This document shows, in pieces, positions 56,743 to 64,000 of a DNA stretch of 64,000 bases (positions are counted from its first letter, which is position 1; the number at the start of each line of letters is the position of its first letter). The notes below the pieces were generated by a model. That model ran no database searches. It was given only the letters and a program-made list of their open reading frames with translations, and was not told where the DNA came from. Origin of the DNA: a virus. The stretch is from IMG/VR virus record IMGVR_UViG_3300028840_001508, positions 1 through 64,000 of that record, one strand, 5' to 3'. A program made the position numbers and the translations under genes.

Positions 56743-57092
56743 AAACAGTTCTCTGCATAGGACGCTGGCAGCCGCTTCACAAGGGACATATCAAGCTTCT
56801 GACCGACGTGATAAGGGAGGGGAATTTTCTCGTAGTCGGGATCAGGGACACGCGGGCGGGAGATCCCCGTGAGAATCCATACACAGTCAAGCAACGTAGG
56901 CGGATGATAAAGAACGCACTGGGCAAGTACAAAGACAGGTACGCTATAGCTGTTATCCCCGACTACTGGTGTGACCTGGAAGTGAGGATAGGGCGCAAGG
57001 TCGGGTATAAGGTACAGCGGTATGACGTGGATGTTGAGGATATATCAGGTACGAAGACGCGGGAAGTGTTGAGAAGAAAGGGGAAGCTGTGA
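56739..57092 (+). CDS. Minimal HIGH-motif nucleotidyltransferase (cytidylyltransferase-like)
   Basis: IGRWQPLHKGH, NPYT..QR..MI, ISGTKTR. Confidence 0.8.
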   Translation: MKTVLCIGRWQPLHKGHIKLLTDVIREGNFLVVGIRDTRAGDPRENPYTVKQRRRMIKNALGKYKDRYAIAVIPDYWCDLEVRIGRKVGYKVQRYDVDVEDISGTKTREVLRRKGKL

Positions 57093-57388
57093 AAATCGAG
57101 ACGAAGGACGGATTGGCGCTATCTGATAATATAATAGAATCACGACGCAGACTGGCATATATGCTAATTACTTTCGATGCCCTGTGTGAATTGTTCAAGG
57201 ATAGAGAAATACACGTAAAGGTCGAAAGTAGTTTGCCTGCTGATGCCAAGTTAATTCATATCGCTTGGGATACGGATCGGGCGATGGTTAGGCTGTATTT
57301 TGAGAGTAAAGATTTCCCTGTAGTTGAGCCGTATGAGATTGTAACTCATCACATAAAGCCATTATTCCACTATATAGATATTGACTAG
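57089..57388 (+). CDS. Hypothetical protein
   Basis: LPADAK...FES.DFP.V motif; coupled start. Confidence 0.55.
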   Translation: MKIETKDGLALSDNIIESRRRLAYMLITFDALCELFKDREIHVKVESSLPADAKLIHIAWDTDRAMVRLYFESKDFPVVEPYEIVTHHIKPLFHYIDID

Positions 57389-57412
57389 AGACACTTATAG
57401 AAAGGGGAAGTT

Positions 57413-57682
57413 ATGAAGCTTGAGGAATGTAAACAGCAACTAGGCAAAATAATGAGGGTTCTTTCTCTACGCCCCAATCCTTGCTTGCAGTGTCCACTGG
57501 CTATCAAGGATGCTGATGGAGGTGTCTATACTCCTATTGTCGGGGATGGTATGTGTGGAATATGTAACAGAGGTACATGGGAGATAGGTGATCGCAGTAT
57601 AGAGGTAGAGGGCGAAACTATACCGATGTGTCGTGAATGCGAAGTAATGCTCAAAGAATTGATAGTGAAAGGTGGGTTATGA
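57413..57682 (+). CDS. Zinc-binding hypothetical protein
   Basis: CLQC, CGIC, CREC. Confidence 0.5.
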   Translation: MKLEECKQQLGKIMRVLSLRPNPCLQCPLAIKDADGGVYTPIVGDGMCGICNRGTWEIGDRSIEVEGETIPMCRECEVMLKELIVKGGL

Positions 57683-58110
57683 TAATCTGGCTAACAGCTA
57701 ACAGTGGCGCAGGCAAGACCACCATCGGCAAGCAACTGGCATACCGTAACAACGGTATATTGCTTGACGGTGATGACATGCGCGCAAGCATCTCACTCGG
57801 AGCGGGCTTCAGTAAGGAAGAGCGGGAGGAACACAACCTGCGAGTAGCGAGGCTGGCGAAGGTCATGGAAGCGCAGGGCAAGCTTGTCATAGTGTCGGTG
57901 ATAGCACCATTCAAGGACACGCGATCGAAGATAGATAAGATGATATGTCCCGTGTGGATATATCTCGTATCAGCCATCCGAAGCCAACCGACGAAGGAGC
58001 GACCGTATCAAATACCCGGCAACGCATCACTGGTAATAGATACAGATATGATGAAGCCGCTTGATGCGGTGTGTATGATAGAGTCGCAGATATTGAGGAA
58101 GTATTGGTAA
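57679..58110 (+). CDS. cysC: Adenylyl-sulfate (APS) kinase, compact form
   Basis: IWLTANSGAGKTT, LLDGDDMR, GFSKEEREEHNLRVA, VSVIAP. Confidence 0.85.
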   Translation: MIIWLTANSGAGKTTIGKQLAYRNNGILLDGDDMRASISLGAGFSKEEREEHNLRVARLAKVMEAQGKLVIVSVIAPFKDTRSKIDKMICPVWIYLVSAIRSQPTKERPYQIPGNASLVIDTDMMKPLDAVCMIESQILRKYW

Positions 58111-58817
58111 TGCCACACGCATTCTTTATAACAGGTACAGGCAGGTCAGGAACAACCACTCTTGCAGCCTTGCTCAATACCGACCCACAAGCTGCCGTCT
58201 ACCATGAACCACACGGCAACGAGGGCCAGGCATGTATACAGGCATACTGCTCAGAGATGGCAGCTACGGCGTATATTGAGAAGCGCAGGGAGTGGATAGC
58301 CACGCATCTGAACACTGGCCTGAACTACGGCGAAGTCAACGGCTATCTGCGCTTTCATGCCGATGCACTCAGGCAAGCGGGCTACCCCGTCTACCAGATA
58401 ATCCGTGACGGCAGGGACGTGGTACGGTCGGGCTATTCCCGTAATACATATAAGTTCGGACACATGACCTGTATGATAGAGCCGAAACCTGGCGATCTGT
58501 GTTTCTACGACTGGCTGTCTATGACACGGTTTGAGAGAATATGCTGGCACTGGCAGATGGTGAATGAGTATCTGGCAGACAGGGTGGAGGATGTGCTGAA
58601 GTTTGAGGATATGATCGGCAACTGGGAGGCGGTCTATTGGTTCACACGGCAGATCGGGGTAGACGTAGATAAAGAGACGTGGAAAAAGAAGCCCGTCAGG
58701 AATGCCACTATCAAACATAGCTTGCCTGTGTATGACAAGTGGGACATGCATCTGAAGGATAGCTTCTGGCGGATATGTGGCGACACTATGGCGAAGTTTG
58801 GGTATGAAAGGAGATAG
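58110..58817 (+). CDS. Sulfotransferase
   Basis: FFITGTGRSGTT (5'-PSB loop), IIRDGRDVVRS (3'-PB), KFEDM. Confidence 0.85.
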   Translation: MPHAFFITGTGRSGTTTLAALLNTDPQAAVYHEPHGNEGQACIQAYCSEMAATAYIEKRREWIATHLNTGLNYGEVNGYLRFHADALRQAGYPVYQIIRDGRDVVRSGYSRNTYKFGHMTCMIEPKPGDLCFYDWLSMTRFERICWHWQMVNEYLADRVEDVLKFEDMIGNWEAVYWFTRQIGVDVDKETWKKKPVRNATIKHSLPVYDKWDMHLKDSFWRICGDTMAKFGYERR

Positions 58818-58819
58818 GG

Positions 58820-59281
58820 ATGGAAGATATAGAACGATATAGTAACAGTTCACAACGCAACTTGGAAGATTACCCCATAGACTTTGATGGTAAACCCTAT
58901 CAGAGCAATATAGAGGTGCTACTAAACTACGATGACTTAGCACAACTACTCCATCTAGCAGAGGAATATAGAATTCTAAGGATAGCTATAGAGCCAAAGG
59001 TTGATCAGATCGCTATTGTCATAGAAGGCCCTGATCTGTATCAAAGAACAGCAGGTAGCCAAAGAGTGCGAGATCATGAGGCTATAGCGAGACTACTATT
59101 AGGCAGAAGCCGTACATTCCGGCCAGACACAGATGTTCGCCATCGAGTAGTAGATCAGCGATGGCTCTGGCTTCTGGATTTTCTGGAAGACCCGCTAATC
59201 AAAGCTAACTGGAAGCGATTTGTTGAAATGAAGAAAGGAGATAGGGATGTCCCTGACACTCATAATCGGCGCATCATTTAG
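58820..59281 (+). CDS. Hypothetical protein
   Basis: 153 aa ORF in operon. Confidence 0.5.
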   Translation: MEDIERYSNSSQRNLEDYPIDFDGKPYQSNIEVLLNYDDLAQLLHLAEEYRILRIAIEPKVDQIAIVIEGPDLYQRTAGSQRVRDHEAIARLLLGRSRTFRPDTDVRHRVVDQRWLWLLDFLEDPLIKANWKRFVEMKKGDRDVPDTHNRRII

Positions 59282-59855
59282 CGGCACATCCATGATTGCC
59301 CACGTATGCCATGCTAATGGCGCATGGATGGGTGAGATACTGACAGAGCCGCCAGAGGAATACAGGGAGTCACAACACTATGATTTGTATGAGAACATCA
59401 CGTTCCGTAGCTTATGCCGCAATGCACTAAACATCGACACCGAGATAGACAAGAAATCACTAGACAAGCTATTCAAGGCGTTCTTCGTGTCACTACCGAC
59501 TGACAGTGAATGTGTGGTTCTGAAGTACCCCAAGGCATTCTATCTGCTGCCTGCGCTGCGTGATAAGTTGCAGGTAGAGCCGAAGCTAGTCAATGTCATA
59601 CGCAATCCCTTCAGGCGGGCATTTAGCTACGTTCAGCGGACGCAGGTATTCAATGTCCCGTATGCGCTGATGGAGTGGGATCAGGCATACATGCAGGCGG
59701 CAGAAGCCACAGACGGGCTGGATATGTATACGATTCTGTATGAGCGGTTCCTGAAAGAGCCAGAGATGGAAGCAAAACAACTGTTTGACTTCATTGGCTT
59801 GAAGCCTGAGAAGGTGGACGTGAGCATGGTAGATACGGGGAAGAGGCACTTTTGA
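59247..59855 (+). CDS. Sulfotransferase (second, divergent)
   Basis: LIIGASFSGTS, VLKYP, VIRNP..RAFS, YERFLKEP..LFDFIG. Confidence 0.8.
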   Translation: MSLTLIIGASFSGTSMIAHVCHANGAWMGEILTEPPEEYRESQHYDLYENITFRSLCRNALNIDTEIDKKSLDKLFKAFFVSLPTDSECVVLKYPKAFYLLPALRDKLQVEPKLVNVIRNPFRRAFSYVQRTQVFNVPYALMEWDQAYMQAAEATDGLDMYTILYERFLKEPEMEAKQLFDFIGLKPEKVDVSMVDTGKRHF

Positions 59856-60113
59856 AAAGGAGAAGTCATGCTGATACGAAAGAAGAGACTAGATGAGCTA
59901 GAGAAGCGGGTAGGTGTATTGGAGAACACCATAGATGAACTCTGGAAACGCATGGATAGAGACAGATTGGAATGCAACCTACCGCATTTGAGTAAAGAAA
60001 GCGTAGAAGGAATAGTAAGACAGCATATAATACCAGTTATAAGAGACATGGAAAACAAGAAGTAGTATAACAGTCCCGTTTATAAGAACGGCAAGCGTAT
60101 AGATAACGTAGAT

Positions 60114-60188
60114 TGGGCAGTCGCCAAACGGTAAGGCATCGGCCTGTTAAGCCGACAAATGCAGGTTCGATTCCTGCCTGCCCAGCCA
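60114..60188 (+). tRNA. tRNA-Asn(GTT)
   Basis: Acceptor TGGGCAG/CTGCCCA, anticodon arm TCGGC-CTGTTAA-GCCGA, T arm GCAGG-TTCGATT-CCTGC, G discriminator, CCA. Confidence 0.92.
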
Positions 60189-60204
60189 GATAAAGGAGAA
60201 CAAT

Positions 60205-60564
60205 ATGTCAAGCGTAGATGTGGAAATCAAACCAGGTTGCGAAGAACTATTCGACCGAGTTGCTAATATGCTAAACGCTGCAAGTGCAAAAGCCAAGCGA
60301 ATCCAATCTCTACCGCCGAAGAATTTGCAACAGATAGAGGTAGACACTTTTTATATCGAGAAAGTAGCCGAATTTGAAAATGGAATGCCTTTTAGCCCTG
60401 TTATCGGTTATCACTGGGAATGCAGTATTCCTGGCGTTCTAATAAAGGATGTAGCTGTATGGGATCATAAGGTATATGTTGAACTAAGTGAGGACTCCCT
60501 ACGCCCTGTCATTTCTGAATTTTCTAAGGGGAAAATAGGCAGTGGTGACTGGATTTTCGTATAG
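60205..60564 (+). CDS. Hypothetical protein
   Basis: AAAGGAG RBS. Confidence 0.55.
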   Translation: MSSVDVEIKPGCEELFDRVANMLNAASAKAKRIQSLPPKNLQQIEVDTFYIEKVAEFENGMPFSPVIGYHWECSIPGVLIKDVAVWDHKVYVELSEDSLRPVISEFSKGKIGSGDWIFV

Positions 60565-60594
60565 ATAGCATCTAACACAACTTCATATCAACAC

Positions 60595-60634
60595 AAAAAC
60601 GGGTCAGGAGAAGCAGACTGCACTCGTTTTTTTT
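60595..60634 (+). terminator. Intrinsic terminator-like hairpin, second copy of the 40462 element
   Basis: AAAAACGGGTCAG pairs with CTG(C)ACTCGTTTTT, followed by a T-run. Confidence 0.65.
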
Positions 60635-60648
60635 GTTTCCCTGACCGC

Positions 60649-62808
60649 TTGAAAGGGCATACAGTGGATATTCTCGTAGTAATGACAGAAGGCATAGGCA
60701 ACATGGTCATGATGACGCCTGCGCTACAGGCAATGAAGCAGGCGCGTCCAGAGTGCAATATCACCGTCCTGTGCAAAGAGCCAGCGGCAAGCGTGATCAG
60801 GGGATGGGATGTGATAGAGCGCGCCATATCAAGGCTAGGACAACGCAGGTACGATATAGGCTTTCTCTCCATCTGGTCTGGCAAGTACAAGACAGAATAC
60901 CGTGACAGGCTGGGAAGCAAGTGCAATGAGGTAATAGAGATAGACTACGAGGATATAGAAAAGCACGAGGCAGAATATCACCTGGACATGGCATGCTATC
61001 TGGAATACGAGGGGGATCTACCCGACACTTTCTGCATGTCTGAGGATGTCCATATCAAGCATGATAAGCCCCTGGCGGCGTTGTCCGACACCTGCCTGCC
61101 GCTTCAAGCCTGGCAACGTAAGCGATGGCCGTATTACCCCGCTCTGGCAAAGATGCTGATAGCGAAGGGCTTTGACGTATGTTTGATAGGCGGGAAGTCC
61201 GAGGCAGAAGCATTCAATCCAGGCGACTGGCCGGATGGGGTAATCAACTGCCTGGGGAAGTACACCATCCCCCAGACAGCGGGCTTGCTGGGGCAGTGCA
61301 ACGTCTTTGTAGGGAACGACTCAGGGCCAGCACACATTGCCGCCGCTATGGGATGCAATACATTTGTATTGTTCGGCCCTACGCTGGTAAAGAAGAACAA
61401 GCAACTGGGCAGGAATGTGGTATTACTGACACGACAACTGGAATGTTCACCGTGTCAATATACCGCCCGCTGGCAATACTGCCATCAGTTTGACTGTATG
61501 CTTGCCATATCGCCTACGGACGTAATGCAGGCGATAGATGCAAATACGCATGAGGGCGGTGCTACGGCGGAGCGGCTAAAGCTTTCTGTCTGCATGATAG
61601 TGAAGAATGAAGAGGCCATGCTTGCGGGGTGTCTTGATAGTGTTAAGGACATAGCGGATGAGATTATCGTAGTAGATACGGGCAGCACTGACAGGACAAT
61701 GGAGATCGCTCAGGGATATGAAAAGGTCAAGCTATTTGAGCATCCCTGGGAGGACTCGTTCAGCGTCGCACGTAACCAGGCCATCAGTCACGCAACAGGC
61801 GACTGGATATTGCAGATAGACGCTGATGAGAAGCTGGAAAAAGATGATATACCCGTACTCATGACCACCATCCAGAAGGCGCAGAGAGCACAGATAGGTG
61901 CAGTCAGATGTCCCCATTGCAGTAGAAAAATTGTAGACGAAAAATGGGTTCATGCCTTCAAGCTGGAGTTCCTGAACTACCTGGCAGATGGCGTTTCCTG
62001 GCACGCTTCGGAGAGACTGTTCAGGAACGGACATATAGAGTTCAAATGCCGCGTCCACAATCAGCCACATTACGACGGCATAGTAGCCCCGTCCATCCCC
62101 GTGAAGCTGCATCACTATGGCTATAACCTTGATAAAGCCACCATGCAGAAGAAGTACGAGCGCACAGAGCGGCTTCTGAAAATCTCCATCGAAGAAACAC
62201 CCATAGGAGATAAGCAACTGGGCTTCTTCTACCAGAACCTCTTGCGCAACTTCCGGGCGCAGTATAAATGGGATGAGCTGGTAGAGACGGCAGATAGGAT
62301 GTTTGCCATGATGGAAGCAGGAGAGATCACGCCATCCAGCCAGACCGAGCAGTTGTCGATGATAGACTACGTGTTCGGACTGGTGAAGCAGGAGAAGCCG
62401 ATGGAGGCACTCATGGCTGTTGACTTGCTTGTAACGAAGCACCCGCTCATGATAGACGGCTGGTATCACAAGGCGCTGATACATTCGGCACTGGGACATC
62501 ACGGCGAGGCTATAGCTGCATACGACTCATATTTGAAGTACAAACGGCAACTGGAAGCCATGCCGCAGAAGCCCGTGCTGATCCTAGATACCTGGGGCGG
62601 GGAAGCTACGGCATATAACAATATGGGCTGCGCGTACTTCTACGTCAACGACCCCGGCAATGCACTTTTACACTTCGGGATAGCGGCGAAGATGGACCCG
62701 GATAATGAAGGATTCAAGAATAACGTAAACCAGGTACTAGGTGCGATACTGGAGAACTTCAATAAACAACAGCGAAAGGAGCCAACGACTGAGGAGTTGA
62801 AATACTAA
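60649..62808 (+). CDS. GT9 (heptosyltransferase-like) + GT2 + TPR glycosyltransferase fusion
   Basis: GIGNMVM, KRWP, FVGNDSGPAHIAAA (GT9); LSVCMIVKNEE, VVDTGSTD, QIDADE (GT2); TPR helices; start may be GTG at 60664. Confidence 0.9.
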   Translation: MKGHTVDILVVMTEGIGNMVMMTPALQAMKQARPECNITVLCKEPAASVIRGWDVIERAISRLGQRRYDIGFLSIWSGKYKTEYRDRLGSKCNEVIEIDYEDIEKHEAEYHLDMACYLEYEGDLPDTFCMSEDVHIKHDKPLAALSDTCLPLQAWQRKRWPYYPALAKMLIAKGFDVCLIGGKSEAEAFNPGDWPDGVINCLGKYTIPQTAGLLGQCNVFVGNDSGPAHIAAAMGCNTFVLFGPTLVKKNKQLGRNVVLLTRQLECSPCQYTARWQYCHQFDCMLAISPTDVMQAIDANTHEGGATAERLKLSVCMIVKNEEAMLAGCLDSVKDIADEIIVVDTGSTDRTMEIAQGYEKVKLFEHPWEDSFSVARNQAISHATGDWILQIDADEKLEKDDIPVLMTTIQKAQRAQIGAVRCPHCSRKIVDEKWVHAFKLEFLNYLADGVSWHASERLFRNGHIEFKCRVHNQPHYDGIVAPSIPVKLHHYGYNLDKATMQKKYERTERLLKISIEETPIGDKQLGFFYQNLLRNFRAQYKWDELVETADRMFAMMEAGEITPSSQTEQLSMIDYVFGLVKQEKPMEALMAVDLLVTKHPLMIDGWYHKALIHSALGHHGEAIAAYDSYLKYKRQLEAMPQKPVLILDTWGGEATAYNNMGCAYFYVNDPGNALLHFGIAAKMDPDNEGFKNNVNQVLGAILENFNKQQRKEPTTEELKY

Positions 62809-63170
62809 TGGCTCACGTATCAGGCAAGACTGGAGGCGTTACCGCCACTAACTTTGCCACAGGAGCATATAACTGGTCTCTTGACTGGACTGCTGACGCT
62901 TTGGAGACGACCGACTATGGCAGCTCAGGGCAGAGGGAATATATTGCAGGACTCACAGGCGGCAGCGGAACGTTTGTCGTCCGTGGCGACGCGGCAAGCA
63001 ATACCGCATCAGTAGGAACTACAGTGGCGTTGACGCTTACCATCTCGTCAGGTAAGGCTTATACCATGACAGCCCTGATCACAGGCAAAGGCGAAACAGT
63101 GCCCGTGGACGGGCTTCACGAAACCACAGTCAGCTTCGTGGCAACTGGTTCTATAACAAAGCCGGCATAA
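62808..63170 (+). CDS. Tail tube protein (short)
   Basis: WSLD.TADALETT..REYIAGL, SFVATG. Confidence 0.75.
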   Translation: MAHVSGKTGGVTATNFATGAYNWSLDWTADALETTDYGSSGQREYIAGLTGGSGTFVVRGDAASNTASVGTTVALTLTISSGKAYTMTALITGKGETVPVDGLHETTVSFVATGSITKPA

Positions 63171-63183
63171 GGGGTGATCGCTA

Positions 63184-63858
63184 ATGGCACACGTCGCAGG
63201 AATGACAGGAGCGGTATACGCCCGTAAGTTTTACACGAAGGCGGCGACTATCTCCTTTGCCGATACAAACCCGGACACGATCCTTGACAGCGCAGCGGGC
63301 TTTAGCGGTGCTGAGGCTGGCGACTATGTGACTGTCTCAGGCGCAGCGCAGGCGGGTAATAACGATACGTTCCTCATAGGGACAGCATTACCCGCCACGC
63401 TGACGCTGGATGCAGGGGAAACGCTGACTGCTGAAGCGGCGGGGGCGACTGTAACCGTCTCCCAAGCACTGCCCTATGAGCAGCTTCTGGGCTTCAACGG
63501 CATAGACCTGAATCTGGAAGCCGTGGAGCTTGAGACGACGGACTTTACCGACGTAGGCGCATCAACACCCGGCAGGCATTATATAGCAGGTCTGACCAGC
63601 TTCAATGCCACCTGTACACACTGGTGGGCATCCACTGACCTGCTGGGGTCATGGACTGGCGCAAAGAAGTACGTCGCCTTTTTCGTGAAGTATAACAGTG
63701 CGCCGGCAACAACCACCTGCTATTACTATCATGGCTACGTGATTACGACAGGGCTGGATACCAGCGCACCTGTTGACACAGTAGTAGCACAACCGTTGAC
63801 GCTTCAAGGAACGGGAACCATAACATCGGCAACGGCGACAACCGCCTGGCCGACATAA
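63184..63858 (+). CDS. Second tail-tube-like protein with inserted beta domain
   Basis: MAHVAG.TG, LETTDF..YIAGL, TLQGTG; about 80 aa insertion. Confidence 0.7.
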   Translation: MAHVAGMTGAVYARKFYTKAATISFADTNPDTILDSAAGFSGAEAGDYVTVSGAAQAGNNDTFLIGTALPATLTLDAGETLTAEAAGATVTVSQALPYEQLLGFNGIDLNLEAVELETTDFTDVGASTPGRHYIAGLTSFNATCTHWWASTDLLGSWTGAKKYVAFFVKYNSAPATTTCYYYHGYVITTGLDTSAPVDTVVAQPLTLQGTGTITSATATTAWPT

Positions 63859-63874
63859 GATAGGGGAAAGGAGC

Positions 63875-64000
63875 ATGAATATGCCAAAAACAGATAACCT
63901 GGGCGATGCTGTGGGAATGCCCAAGACCATTACCATCAAGGGCAAGGAATATACCTTCAGCCCGCTTACAGTGAATGACTACGCCGAGTTAGAGGAGTTC
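63875..64000 (+). CDS. Probable tail assembly chaperone, partial
   Basis: AAAGGAG RBS; ITIKGKEYTFSPLTVND; follows the tail tubes. Confidence 0.55.
   Translation, partial: MNMPKTDNLGDAVGMPKTITIKGKEYTFSPLTVNDYAELEEF

Noticed and set aside
1-64000. Stop-codon reassignment as the cause of the many short ORFs
   Set aside because: Core genes are full length in the standard code, and TAA, TAG and TGA all end genes directly before new RBS/start pairs

Overview
The window is a contiguous 64 kb piece of a temperate, long-tailed (siphovirus-like, HK97-fold) phage or prophage, almost entirely on the + strand; the host cannot be determined from the sequence. It opens with a cI/cro-type switch with two back-to-back consensus promoters (112-833). 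An early region follows with a TnpB remnant, a Cas4/RecB-like nuclease fused to an RDF-like protein, and a replication initiator with internal iterons. Next come an accessory operon (PncB with an internal deletion, PP2C, Ser/Thr kinase, nicotinamidase, vWA, tRNA-Tyr, RNA ligase), a split, order-reversed sigma4/sigma2 gene pair, and an AT-rich ParB-MTase / HARE-HTH-nuclease / GIY-YIG island. The late operon runs from terminase, portal, MuF-metallopeptidase, a prohead protease with an inserted AAA+ ATPase and the capsid, through fibre/decoration proteins and head-tail joining genes, to two tail tubes. It is repeatedly interrupted by accessory genes, most notably a methyltransferase / PAPS-synthesis / sulfotransferase / glycosyltransferase set and tRNA-Asn. 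Best candidates for undescribed systems: (1) the phage-borne NAD-salvage plus TerY-P phospho-switch operon, (2) the two-part permuted sigma factor, (3) a virion sulfo-glycosylation pathway, (4) the protease-AAA fusion, and (5) repeated RNA switch elements in the late operon. All family assignments come from motif recognition by eye; no database search was run.
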